DNA of 36,062 nt from a virus (IMGVR_UViG_3300023184_000307:1-36062), one strand, 5' to 3'. Counted from the stretch's first letter, positions 8,180-17,567 are shown. Notes: generated by a model from the letters alone, not told the origin. Made by a program: numbers and translations.

Positions 8180-9117
8180 CTACTTCAGGAACCGCAGCAT
8201 TCAACCTTGACCTTACTGAATTGGTCGAGGAAGCGTTTGAACGCGCTGGTTCGGAGTTGCGCACGGGCTACGATTTACGTACTGCCCGTCGTTCATTGAA
8301 TCTGATGTTTGCTGACTGGGCAAATCGCGGTGTCAACATGTGGACGTTTGAGCAGGGGACAATTAACCTGACTCCGGGTCTGAACACCTACGCGCTTCCT
8401 GTCGATACAGTGGATCTACTTGAACATGTCATTCGCACGGGCGCGGGTAGCGCGTCCACACAGGCTGATCTGACCATTACGCGTATCAGTGTTTCTACCT
8501 ATGCCACAATACCCAACAAACTGCAACAAGCCCGCCCGATTCAGGTGTGGTATCAGCGTTTGGATGGTCAGACTTCTTCTATTGGCACAACGCTTAATGG
8601 CGGCATTAGTGCCACGGCCACCACAATTACATTAACTTCTACTGCCGGACTTCCAGCTACAGGGTTTATACAGATTGATACCGGAGCTTTAACAGAGACT
8701 GTGCAGTACGGTTACATCTCTGGCAACGTGCTTTACAACTGCTTCCGTGGGCAGAACGGTACAACTGCAGCAGCACACTCAACCGGTGTGGCTGTATACA
8801 CGCAGAATCTGCCCTCTGTAACCCTCTGGCCAACCCCAGATAACAGCACAACGTATCAGTTCGTTTATTGGCGCATGCGCCGTATTGATGATGCTGGCGG
8901 GGGTGTGCGCACGATGGATGTACCTTTCCGCTTCCTGCCCTGTATGGTGGCAGGTTTAGCCTATTACTTGGCTCTTAAGATTGAGAATGGCGCTGAGCGC
9001 CTGCCTGTCTTGAAGCAACAGTACGATGAAGCTTGGCAGTTGGCCGCTGATGAAGATCGTGAGAAGGCTTCGGTTCGTTTTGTACCACGCCAGCAATTTA
9101 TAGGATCCGGCACATGA
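8176..9117 (+). CDS. Putative head-tail adaptor/tail tubular protein with an inserted beta domain
   Basis: LVEEAFERAG, TARRSLNLMFADWANRG, LWPTPD, PFRFLPCMVAGLAYYLA. Confidence 0.65.
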   Translation: MTTSGTAAFNLDLTELVEEAFERAGSELRTGYDLRTARRSLNLMFADWANRGVNMWTFEQGTINLTPGLNTYALPVDTVDLLEHVIRTGAGSASTQADLTITRISVSTYATIPNKLQQARPIQVWYQRLDGQTSSIGTTLNGGISATATTITLTSTAGLPATGFIQIDTGALTETVQYGYISGNVLYNCFRGQNGTTAAAHSTGVAVYTQNLPSVTLWPTPDNSTTYQFVYWRMRRIDDAGGGVRTMDVPFRFLPCMVAGLAYYLALKIENGAERLPVLKQQYDEAWQLAADEDREKASVRFVPRQQFIGSGT

Positions 9118-9716
9118 CGCAGCAGGAAGCCCGTTTAGCTGGACAAACTCGTTATTTTGGCTCGGTGTGTGTAAAACACCCAGACGCCCGAGGGGAGCGG
9201 GGTACTGCGGGCGGGGCATGTGTAAAGTGCAGCTTAGAGGCAGTGCAGCGGTATCATGCAAAGCATCCTGATCGGCGAAAGGCACAGAGCGCCAAAGACA
9301 ACAACAAAAACCCAGCACAACGTAGCGCGGCCCATAAAGTGTGGCGGGAAGCCAATGCTGCGCACGATGCAAACCGTAAACAGCAGTACCGCACAGACAA
9401 CTTGGAAAAAGTGAAAGCTACGTACAAACAATACTACGATGCAAACTACCCGCGTATGTTAGCAAAACGCAATAAGCAGCACGCGGACAGGCTCAACCGC
9501 ACCCCCACGTGGCTAACTGAAGACGATCACTGGATGATTGAGCAAGCGTATGAACTGGCCGCATTACGTACAAAAATGTTTGGTGTAGCATGGCACGTAG
9601 ATCACGTACTGCCGCTCCGGGGCAAAACGATTTCTGGACTACACACTCCATACAATATACAGGTAATTCTTGGGGTGGAGAATCTACGTAAAAGTAATCG
9701 GGTGCAGCATGGGTAA
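9114..9716 (+). mobile_element. Free-standing HNH (homing-type) endonuclease gene
   Basis: WHVDHVLPLRGKTISGLHTPYNIQVILGVENLRKSN; N-terminal CxKH...CxxC; overlaps both neighbours. Confidence 0.85.
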
Positions 9717-10098
9717 TCGTTTTGCTTCTGGCAAGAACAGCATTGCTATGTGCGACCGTTGCGGTCAGCAATTTAAATTGACAGCGCTTCGTAAAGAGAT
9801 ACAAAAGACTAAGATTTATAATCTGCTTGTGTGTTCTACTTGTTTTGATCCCGACCAGCCGCAGTTGCAGTTGGGTATGTACCCAGTGGATGATCCGCAG
9901 GCAGTCCGTAACCCGCGTAAGGACACAACATACGTGACGGCTGGCGTAAATGCTAATGGCAGTCTGACTGGCGGTTCTCGAGATTTGCAATGGGGTTGGA
10001 ACCCAGTAGGCGGCGCTAGTATTTTTGATGCAGTTTTGACCCCCAACTACTTGGTGGCAACGACATTTGTTGGTACAGTTACAGTAACAGTTACATAG
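9709..10098 (+). CDS. Zn-ribbon (CxxC...CxxC) hypothetical protein
   Basis: MGNRFASGK...CDRCG...VCSTCFDPDQPQL; ATG at 9709. Confidence 0.75.
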   Translation: MGNRFASGKNSIAMCDRCGQQFKLTALRKEIQKTKIYNLLVCSTCFDPDQPQLQLGMYPVDDPQAVRNPRKDTTYVTAGVNANGSLTGGSRDLQWGWNPVGGASIFDAVLTPNYLVATTFVGTVTVTVT

Positions 10099-10107
10099 GA
10101 GCTTAAT

Positions 10108-10305
10108 ATGGCTAAAGAAAACATGAAATCAGACAAGAAGCAAGACGTTGCTCTGATTAAAAAAGCGTTCAAGCAGCACGACAAGCAAGAACACAAAGGC
10201 GGCAAAGGCACATCCTTAAAGCTAGCTAAAGGCGGCGTAACAACCGATCAAGCCATGCAGTATGGGCGTAACTTGGCTCGCGCTAAAAACCAAACCACAG
10301 GTTAA
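10108..10305 (+). CDS. Small basic protein with LAKGG motif
   Basis: SD AGGAG; Lys-rich. Confidence 0.7.
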   Translation: MAKENMKSDKKQDVALIKKAFKQHDKQEHKGGKGTSLKLAKGGVTTDQAMQYGRNLARAKNQTTG

Positions 10306-10309
10306 TATC

Positions 10310-10555
10310 ATGGCCAAAATTAACAATCTCCCTGCTTCTGCTTACGCCAAGCCCCACACAATGGATGGCAAGTCTGTAGGTATATCTGAGAACCCCGGCT
10401 CTGGCCCTAACCGCAGCAAGCTTGACAACTTTGATGTAAGCGTTGGTAACATCAGCAAATCCGCTGGTAACGAGCCTACTAAAACATCCGGCATCAAGAT
10501 GCGCGGTACAGGCGCGGCTACCAAAGGTGTTATGAGCAGAGGCCCAATGGCATGA
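10310..10555 (+). CDS. Small basic protein
   Basis: ATG at 10310; C-terminal GIKMRGTGAATKG..SRGPMA; ATGA overlap with the next gene. Confidence 0.7.
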   Translation: MAKINNLPASAYAKPHTMDGKSVGISENPGSGPNRSKLDNFDVSVGNISKSAGNEPTKTSGIKMRGTGAATKGVMSRGPMA

Positions 10556-11223
10556 ATTACACGCAACTCAGTTCTGCTATTCAAGCGTACACGGAGAACA
10601 CGGAAACAGATTTCGTGCTTAATATTCCGTTGTTCATTCGGCAGGCTGAGCAGCGTATTTACAACTCGGTACAGTTTCCATCTATTCGCAAGAACGTGAT
10701 GGGTGTGGTATCTACCACAAGTACGTATTTGTCTGCGCCAGATGACTTCTTGGCTGTGTATTCACTGGCTGTTGTTGATGCCGACGGCAACTATGAGTAC
10801 TTGCTGAACAAGGATGTAAACTTTATTCGTCAGGCATACCCCAATCCAACTGATACAGGTTTGCCTCGTTACTACGCTTTATTTGGCCCATTAGTTAGTG
10901 GTAGCACAATTACTGATGAGTTGACGTTTATTCTTGGCCCCAAGCCCGATGCTAACTACAACGTAGAGTTGCACTATTACTACTACCCAGAATCCATAAC
11001 AGTGGCAGCGGATGGCCAAACATGGCTTGGTGACAACTTTGACTCGGTGTTGTTATACGGTTCTTTGGTTGAGGCTTACACCTACATGAAGGGTGAGCAA
11101 GACATGATGGCGTTGTACAACCAGAAGTTTATGGAAGCTCTTGCGTTGGCCAAGCGTCTGGGTGATGGTATGGAGCGTCAAGACGCTTACCGTTCTGGTC
11201 AGTTCCGTCAGAGGGTAACTTGA
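10552..11223 (+). CDS. Putative second adaptor/tail tubular protein
   Basis: FIRQAEQRIY, PDDFL, GLPRYYA, LGPKPD.NY.VELHYYY.P, LLYGSLVEAY. Confidence 0.65.
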   Translation: MNYTQLSSAIQAYTENTETDFVLNIPLFIRQAEQRIYNSVQFPSIRKNVMGVVSTTSTYLSAPDDFLAVYSLAVVDADGNYEYLLNKDVNFIRQAYPNPTDTGLPRYYALFGPLVSGSTITDELTFILGPKPDANYNVELHYYYYPESITVAADGQTWLGDNFDSVLLYGSLVEAYTYMKGEQDMMALYNQKFMEALALAKRLGDGMERQDAYRSGQFRQRVT

Positions 11224-11224
11224 T

Positions 11225-11644
11225 ATGTCCATTATCCAAACCCAAACCACAAGCTTTAAAGCGCAGTTGTACCAAGGTATTCATGACCTGACTACCGACG
11301 TTATAAAGATTGCTTTGTACACAGCTAATGCTAACCTAAATGAAGATACAACTGTGTATAGCACGACTGACGAAATAGCTAATACAGGTACGTATGTGGC
11401 TGGCGGGGCACAGTTAACACCTATTACGGTAGCGTCTTCTGGTTACACGGCCTATGTGGGCTTTCCAAACATCTCGTGGACAGGCGCAATCACGGCTAGG
11501 TGTGCGTTGATTTACAACGTTACGCAGGGTAATAAGTCAGTAGCGGTATTGGACTTTGGGTCTGATAAAACTTCTACAACTACGTTCACCATCACCATGC
11601 CAGTCAATGGCCCAACCACTTCACTAATTAGGAGTTCAAATTGA
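11225..11644 (+). CDS. Tail structural protein (paralogue of 11843-12301)
   Basis: SFKAQL..G.HD, IKIALYT, Y.AGG..L, ALIYN, KSVAVLDFG, FTITMP. Confidence 0.7.
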   Translation: MSIIQTQTTSFKAQLYQGIHDLTTDVIKIALYTANANLNEDTTVYSTTDEIANTGTYVAGGAQLTPITVASSGYTAYVGFPNISWTGAITARCALIYNVTQGNKSVAVLDFGSDKTSTTTFTITMPVNGPTTSLIRSSN

Positions 11645-11832
11645 TTGTTACGACTACTAAAGGCAACATGGACGATTCCTTGCTTGAGAAAAAAGAAGGT
11701 TTCGTTGATAATGACAATGAGTACACCACTTGGGTGGAGTATTGGTTGGACGGGGAACTTGTGCATAGATCCGCACACGTTGAACTAAAAAAATCCGTGG
11801 TTCTTTCAGGTTCCACAGCTTCTTTCGATTAA
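11641..11832 (+). CDS. Hypothetical protein (63 aa)
   Basis: TTG start overlapping the previous stop, SD AGGAG; EYWLDGELVHRS. Confidence 0.7.
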   Translation: MIVTTTKGNMDDSLLEKKEGFVDNDNEYTTWVEYWLDGELVHRSAHVELKKSVVLSGSTASFD

Positions 11833-11842
11833 AGGAAATATC

Positions 11843-12301
11843 ATGGCAAATACACAAGCAATGTGCTCATCGTTCTTAGGCGAGTTGATGACGGCCACAC
11901 ACAACTTCACCACAGGTACAGGCAATACTTTTAAAGCTGCTCTGTACTTGGCTTCTGCCACAGTAAACGCGTCAACAACTGCGTATTCATCTACAGGCGA
12001 AGTCACAGGTACAAACTATACGGCTGGCGGTGTAACTGTGACTAACGGCGCATCTCCGTTATCTTCAAACACATCGACTACTGCGGGTGTTGGTTACTGG
12101 ACACCCAGCGCCAGCATTAGCTACACTAACGTAACATTAAGCACTGCATTTGACGCTGTTTTGATCTACAACTCTTCGTCTTCTAACAAGGCTGTTAGCG
12201 TGCACACCTTCGGTTCACAGACTGTGACCGCTGGTACATTCACTTTGACAATGCCTTCAAACACCACATCTACTGCGTTGCTGCGTTTAGCTACAACCTG
12301 A
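11843..12301 (+). CDS. Tail structural protein (paralogue of 11225-11644)
   Basis: SFLGEL...HNF, FKAALY, Y.AGG, VLIYN, KAVSVHTFG, FTLTMP. Confidence 0.75.
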   Translation: MANTQAMCSSFLGELMTATHNFTTGTGNTFKAALYLASATVNASTTAYSSTGEVTGTNYTAGGVTVTNGASPLSSNTSTTAGVGYWTPSASISYTNVTLSTAFDAVLIYNSSSSNKAVSVHTFGSQTVTAGTFTLTMPSNTTSTALLRLATT

Positions 12302-12320
12302 TCCTCCTAAACAGGAGGGT
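12301..12320 (+). promoter_or_regulatory. Hairpin sequestering a Shine-Dalgarno sequence
   Basis: ATCCTCCT-AAAC-AGGAGGGT; the AGGAGG for ATG 12326 lies in the 3' arm. Confidence 0.65.
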
Positions 12321-12325
12321 AGGGC

Positions 12326-13231
12326 ATGACAACCGCATGGGGCGCAGGGGCGTGGGGCAGTAATAGCTGGGGAGGTCTGCAATCTGAGATCTCCGGCGTT
12401 GCCGCGTCTGGCGCTGTTGGTACGGTTGGTGTTAGCAAAACAGTTGCGTTGACGGGTGTCAGCGCTTCTGGCGCTGTTGGCACTGTTACTAAGTCGGTTG
12501 AGTACGCTGTATCTATTACGGGTGTAGGAGCTACTGGCGCAGTTGGGTCAGTTGCTGTTGCAGAAAGACAGTTTGCGCTTACTGGGGTATCAGCTATTGC
12601 GGTGCCCGGGGAATTAGAAGTAATCGGGCGGGAAGCTGGAATTGAAGGGGTTGGAGCAACTGGGGCCGTTGGTTCTGTCACAGTTGGCTCAGCGGAAAAC
12701 GAAGATGGGGTTGTAGCGACAGGCTCGGTTGGCACTGTAGGAATCTCTAGGACTGTTGCAATTACTGGTGTATCTGCTACAGGCGCGGTTGGTAATGTTG
12801 ATTTTTCTTACGCCGCTGCACTTACTGGGGCGCAGGCCAACGCCGCTGTTGGTAGTATAGAAGAGTCTAGCCGGATTGTTGCAATTACCGGAGTAGCGGC
12901 TACAGGCGCAGTTGGAACAACAGGGTTCCAATTCCAGTTGGGTAGTGTTCAAGCTATTGGCTCTGTTGGTAGCGTCTCTGCTAGTGCACGTACGGTCGCT
13001 TTGACAGGCGTCAGTGCTTCTGGGCTTATTGGGAACGAAATCCCAGTTAAAGAATTTGCAATTACAGGCGTATCAGCGGCAGGTGCTGTTGGCACAGTAT
13101 CAATTGGTGCAAGGCTTGTGGCTATTACGGGTTCACAAGCAATGGGTAATGTTGGCAGTTTTGGTAAGTTTTACTGGTCATTAATTGATGACAACGAGAG
13201 CGCAAACTGGCAGAATATCAACACAATGTAG
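12326..13231 (+). CDS. Repetitive fibrous tail protein
   Basis: About 12 degenerate repeats of [IL]TGVSA.GAVG.V; N-terminal WGAGAWGSNSWGG; C-terminal W..I.......W..I. Confidence 0.7.
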   Translation: MTTAWGAGAWGSNSWGGLQSEISGVAASGAVGTVGVSKTVALTGVSASGAVGTVTKSVEYAVSITGVGATGAVGSVAVAERQFALTGVSAIAVPGELEVIGREAGIEGVGATGAVGSVTVGSAENEDGVVATGSVGTVGISRTVAITGVSATGAVGNVDFSYAAALTGAQANAAVGSIEESSRIVAITGVAATGAVGTTGFQFQLGSVQAIGSVGSVSASARTVALTGVSASGLIGNEIPVKEFAITGVSAAGAVGTVSIGARLVAITGSQAMGNVGSFGKFYWSLIDDNESANWQNINTM

Positions 13232-13261
13232 CCGAGTGCTACGTATAGACAGGAGTTTTAA

Positions 13262-14590
13262 ATGGCTACAGGCGCAACGGGGCAATTAGGCTTAGCTCTC
13301 CCAGTACAGGGCGAGCTTTCCGGCACATGGGGCGATACCGTCAACAACGGTATTACGCAGTACACCAACATTGCTATCGCGGGCACTTTGTCTTTTGCTG
13401 GCGATGGCGCAATCACATTAGCCAACACTACTGGCGATGCCACTGCATCAAACATTGGGTCAACAACAGCCCAGTACATGGTGATTCGCATTACCGGTAC
13501 GCAGTCTGTTACCAAAGTTATTACAGGCCCCAGCTACAGTAAGCTGTACATGGTGGATCACGCAGGCGCTACCAGCGCGGTAACGTTCAAAGCTTCTGGT
13601 CAAACAGGTGTAACTGTTGCTGTAGGTGAGAAGTGTTTTGTCTATTACAACGGCACAGATTACGTCAAAGTTGCAGGTTCTGTTAATAGCGGTGTTACTT
13701 CCTTCCAAACGTCATTGAGTGGCTTAACCCCAAGCACTTCTACAACAGGCGCAGTCACTTTGGCTGGCACACTGGGCGCATCTAGCGGTGGTACGGGTGT
13801 AACAACTTCTACTGGTTCTGGTAGTGTTGTGTTGTCAAATACGCCAACACTTGTTACCCCTATTTTAGGAACGCCCGCTTCTGGTACGCTGACTAATGCG
13901 ACAGGTCTCCCGCTGACCACAGGCGTTACAGGAACTCTCCCCACCGCCAACGGCGGTACAAACTTAACTTCGTTCACTTCTGGTGGCGTGGTGTATGCCT
14001 CGTCTTCAAGCGCGTTGGCTACTGGGTCTGCGCTTACTTTTGATGGTTCTGTTTTAAGAAATCTTCAATCAAGCGGAACAAATGCTTATTTTAGGGCGAC
14101 TTCTGGAACTGTAGATAATTACCTTGGTGCGGCTACTTCTGGTCTTGGAACTGTAGGGGTTGTTGGTACTTTCTCTAACAATGATGTAGTTATTTATACA
14201 AACTCAACAGAAAAAGCTCGTATTGACACCGCAGGCTACCTCTCAGGCGTCTGGGCGGACAAGGTCACGGCACTGGGTAACTCCGGTACGGCAACGACAA
14301 TCACATGCACATCTGGCAACGTGTTCACAGCAACACTGACTGGTAACTGCACATTTACACTGTCTGCACCAAGCACAACTACCGCAAACACAGCAACTTC
14401 GTTTACACTAATCTTGACGAACGACGGCACGGCTGGTAGAACTGTGGCTTGGGCTGGTGGCACATTCAAGTTCCCCGGCGGTTCAGTGACACGTACAACT
14501 ACAGCTAACGCTGTGGACATCTGGTTCTTTTTCTCTCCCAACGGTGGAACGACTTGGTACGGTTCCATCCCAATGGCTAACCTTTCTTAA
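13262..14590 (+). CDS. Tail fibre protein
   Basis: N-terminal anchor (L.LPVQGE.SGTWG..VN), shaft motifs (GGTG, PTLVTPILGTPASGTLTN.TGLPLTTGVTGTLP.ANGGT), C-terminal beta domain (SFTLIL..DGTAGRTVAW). Confidence 0.8.
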   Translation: MATGATGQLGLALPVQGELSGTWGDTVNNGITQYTNIAIAGTLSFAGDGAITLANTTGDATASNIGSTTAQYMVIRITGTQSVTKVITGPSYSKLYMVDHAGATSAVTFKASGQTGVTVAVGEKCFVYYNGTDYVKVAGSVNSGVTSFQTSLSGLTPSTSTTGAVTLAGTLGASSGGTGVTTSTGSGSVVLSNTPTLVTPILGTPASGTLTNATGLPLTTGVTGTLPTANGGTNLTSFTSGGVVYASSSSALATGSALTFDGSVLRNLQSSGTNAYFRATSGTVDNYLGAATSGLGTVGVVGTFSNNDVVIYTNSTEKARIDTAGYLSGVWADKVTALGNSGTATTITCTSGNVFTATLTGNCTFTLSAPSTTTANTATSFTLILTNDGTAGRTVAWAGGTFKFPGGSVTRTTTANAVDIWFFFSPNGGTTWYGSIPMANLS

Positions 14591-14603
14591 TTAGGAGCAC
14601 AAC

Positions 14604-14882
14604 ATGGCTTTAACACCTGAACAACAATCACAAGTAGACATGCAAGTGGCTATTCAACAAGCACAAGTCGACATGCAAGTGTCTGTACAACTGGCTTTAG
14701 AAAATACGCGTCAAACTAACCAAATGACACTCATGGCAGCGCAACAAAAGTTGGACGCTGTTCGTTTGGCTCAGCAGACGTTAATTGAAAATGCCCGCAG
14801 CAAACCCGCTGATGAGCGTGAGATTACACCTGCTGATATTGCTGCTTTTGCCAACGCGCTAGTAGCCGCAACCAATGCTTAA
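14604..14882 (+). CDS. Helical hypothetical protein (92 aa) with internal duplication
   Basis: SD AGGAG; QVDMQV occurs twice, from an imperfect 33-bp tandem duplication at 14631-14696. Confidence 0.7.
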   Translation: MALTPEQQSQVDMQVAIQQAQVDMQVSVQLALENTRQTNQMTLMAAQQKLDAVRLAQQTLIENARSKPADEREITPADIAAFANALVAATNA

Positions 14883-15472
14883 TGGAAGCTTTTGAATACT
14901 TCCCCGCGAAGGTTTATCGCGAAGAGCATCCTGATTGGGTTGGCTACACTCTTCAGGTTGCTCAGAAGTATTACGCCGCTGCTCAAAACGGCAGCCCTAT
15001 GGCGCAAACAGCGCATATGGCAAACGACCCAGATTTAAAGTTCTTGGTTGATTACTTGTTGTTAGCGGGCGACACAATCTTGCGGGAGCAAGGTTATGAC
15101 ATGAACAAGTATGAGTTGTATTTGTCAGGTCTGTGGGGGCAGGATGTTAAATGTATGACGGGCACAAACGTACATCTACATAAGAATAGCCAGATTTGTG
15201 GCTGGTTCTTTTTGGAAACGCCAGAAGGCGGCGCGTACCCCGTCTATCATGACCCGCGCATGAACAAACAAATGATTGAGTTGGATTACGTACATGGGCC
15301 GGAGCTTACAAACGCTTCGTCTTATGTGCACTTTAACAATGTAAGGCCCGGAACATTTTTGTTTGCTAATTCTTGGATGCAGCATCAATTGACGCCAAAC
15401 ACTTCACAAGCTGAAACAAAATCCATACACTTCATCATTTCACACAGAGAGCGTCCATGCAGTATTTGCTAA
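14882..15472 (+). CDS. Putative 2OG-Fe(II) oxygenase, HxH type
   Basis: HLH, then GWFFL, YHDPR, PG..LF..SW..H. Confidence 0.75.
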   Translation: MEAFEYFPAKVYREEHPDWVGYTLQVAQKYYAAAQNGSPMAQTAHMANDPDLKFLVDYLLLAGDTILREQGYDMNKYELYLSGLWGQDVKCMTGTNVHLHKNSQICGWFFLETPEGGAYPVYHDPRMNKQMIELDYVHGPELTNASSYVHFNNVRPGTFLFANSWMQHQLTPNTSQAETKSIHFIISHRERPCSIC

Positions 15473-16041
15473 CACCGTACGCAAAAAGAATCGAACCATT
15501 TGCTTGGTGGGAAGGCGCTTTTTCTGAGGAAGAACTAAATTGGCTACAGCAAAAAGCAAAAGCTGCTGACCAAAACGCTGTAGTGGGGGTTGGTAATGGT
15601 ATTGGTGGGGTTAACCCGAATGTCAGGCGCTCTCAAATATCGTGGTTAGAAAACAACCCAAACACAAAATGGGTCTTTGAAAAGTTGGCGCATGTAGCGT
15701 CTCAGTTAAACGCGGATCATTTTAGATTTGATCTTACTGGGTTTGGTGAAAAGTTGCAGCTTACAAACTACGACCAGTCTGAAAATGGTATGTATGGCTG
15801 GCATCAAGATTACGGTGGCGGGATAAGCCGCAAACTTTCGTTGACTTTGCAATTGACAGACCCATCAGAATACGAGGGCGGCAACCTTCAGATCATGACA
15901 TCGGGCACCCCAGTAAATGTACGCAAACAGCGTGGGATAATTGCCGCTTTTCCATCTTACGTGTTACATCAAGTAACACCGGTTACACAGGGGAGCCGTC
16001 AGTCTCTTGTTGCTTGGGTTTCGGGGCCAGCTTTTAAATGA
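15457..16041 (+). CDS. 2OG-Fe(II) oxygenase, prolyl 4-hydroxylase/PKHD-like
   Basis: WHQD, RKLSLTLQL, YEGGNL, FPSYVLHQVTPVTQGSRQSLVAW (HxD...H...R). Confidence 0.9.
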   Translation: MQYLLTPYAKRIEPFAWWEGAFSEEELNWLQQKAKAADQNAVVGVGNGIGGVNPNVRRSQISWLENNPNTKWVFEKLAHVASQLNADHFRFDLTGFGEKLQLTNYDQSENGMYGWHQDYGGGISRKLSLTLQLTDPSEYEGGNLQIMTSGTPVNVRKQRGIIAAFPSYVLHQVTPVTQGSRQSLVAWVSGPAFK

Positions 16042-16634
16042 ACGCAGACTACAAAGATTTTATTGGTGTTTACAGCAATGTGTACCCAGAAGGGTATTGC
16101 CAGCATTTAATTAATGAGTTTGACCGTCTTACTGAATCTGGTGCGGGCACGGATCGTCAACGTGGCGAGGGAGCACCAAAGCACTTTAAAAATGACTTGC
16201 AGTTGTTCCTAAATCTTAACGGCCAATCAGTGACTCCGTTTAAGAACATGCGGACTACGCAAGTGTTTTTTGATGGGTTGCAGCGTTGTTACGACAACTA
16301 TATTGAGAAATTTTCAATATTAAAAGATGCTCAAATAGCGGGGACGCACATGAAAATGCAACGTACAAATCCCGGCGGTGGCTACCATATGTGGCATGCA
16401 GAGCAAGGCAACGGAGAACACGTTAGCCGTGTTTTAGTGTATATGCTTTATCTAAATACCCTGACGCCCCAAGAAGCTGGGGAAACAGAATTTTTGTATC
16501 AACAGCGCCGTATTAGCCCAATAGAAAATACAATGGTTATATGGCCCGCTACATACACGCACGTACATCGCGGTAACACAGTTTTTGGCAGCAACAGCAA
16601 GTACATTGTGACTGGCTGGTTTCATTACACTTAA
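16038..16634 (+). CDS. 2OG-Fe(II) oxygenase, prolyl 4-hydroxylase-like
   Basis: GYHMWHAE, MLYLN, GETEFLYQ, WPATYTHVHRGN, KYIVTGW (HxE...H...K). Confidence 0.9.
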   Translation: MNADYKDFIGVYSNVYPEGYCQHLINEFDRLTESGAGTDRQRGEGAPKHFKNDLQLFLNLNGQSVTPFKNMRTTQVFFDGLQRCYDNYIEKFSILKDAQIAGTHMKMQRTNPGGGYHMWHAEQGNGEHVSRVLVYMLYLNTLTPQEAGETEFLYQQRRISPIENTMVIWPATYTHVHRGNTVFGSNSKYIVTGWFHYT

Positions 16635-16643
16635 GGGGACGCT

Positions 16644-17567
16644 ATGGCTATTGGCTCATCAAAGATTGGCGTGCTCGGGGGTAAACCTATTGTCCCCGGC
16701 GGTTCACAAACATTTAATTCATCAGGGGTATGGCCTGCGCCTGCGGGTATTAGCATCGTAACTGTTCAAGGCAGAGGCGGCTCAGGTGTAGCTGGAAGCG
16801 CTGGAAGCGCTGGCGCTGCCGGTAATGCGGGGGGCGGTGGTGGAGGTGGAGGTGGAAGTGGGGGCACTGCTTCTGCATATGCCGCCTTTAGTTCAAACGA
16901 TGGTTCCGGCCCCGGTCAATATTCCACCGGAAGTTCGGGAGGCTCCGGTAGTCCGGGTTCTGGCCCCGGGGCGGGAACTGGGGGCGGCTCGCCTTCTGCT
17001 GGCAATCCCGGTTCAGGAGGCCCCGGTGGAAGTGGGGGCGCGGGGGGCAGTGGCTCAGCAGGAGTTGCGTCTTCTGCAATAGGTCAAACTTTTGCTGCTG
17101 GGAATGGAAATTCGGGAACCCCCGGAAACGCAGGAAATCCCGGAACCGGCGGCAATGGGGGTAATGGTGGAGGCCCGGGTAATGGGGGTGCTAGCCAGTA
17201 TTACTACGTCTACTGCTGCAGCCCATTTTTTAACTACATCTATAACTTTAACGGGTCTGCTGGTTCGCCCGGAACCGCAGGTAACCCAACATCAGGGACT
17301 CCTTTTAATGCTGGCGGCTCTGGTGGGAGCGGGGGTGGTGGGGGCTATGCGTCTTCATCTAACACCTCAAACGTTGGGGGGCCCGGTGGTCCCGGCGGCG
17401 CGGGCGGTAGGGGATTATCAAGTTCTGCTGGCAATCCCGGCACTGCTGGTAATTCCAACCCCGGAACTAACGCTACATACAACAGCGTTTCTGTAACAGG
17501 CGGATCTTCGTATCCAGTTACTGTGGGGACTTGTGGTTTTGTAAATATTTCTTGGAACCCACAATGA
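16644..17567 (+). CDS. Glycine-rich protein, putative fibre tip/adhesin
   Basis: QTFNSSG.W.APAG...V...GG at the start and SVTGGSSYPVTVG..GFV.ISW at the end, enclosing Gly-x-x runs and an aromatic loop YYYVYCCSPFFNYIY. Confidence 0.7.
   Translation: MAIGSSKIGVLGGKPIVPGGSQTFNSSGVWPAPAGISIVTVQGRGGSGVAGSAGSAGAAGNAGGGGGGGGGSGGTASAYAAFSSNDGSGPGQYSTGSSGGSGSPGSGPGAGTGGGSPSAGNPGSGGPGGSGGAGGSGSAGVASSAIGQTFAAGNGNSGTPGNAGNPGTGGNGGNGGGPGNGGASQYYYVYCCSPFFNYIYNFNGSAGSPGTAGNPTSGTPFNAGGSGGSGGGGGYASSSNTSNVGGPGGPGGAGGRGLSSSAGNPGTAGNSNPGTNATYNSVSVTGGSSYPVTVGTCGFVNISWNPQ

Noticed and set aside
12299-12328. Stop read-through fusing 11843 and 12326, which are in frame
   Set aside because: A second in-frame stop (TAA, 12308-12310) blocks it.
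16644-17567. True collagen triple helix
   Set aside because: The Gly-x-x runs are short, interrupted and rich in GG, which fits polyglycine II better.
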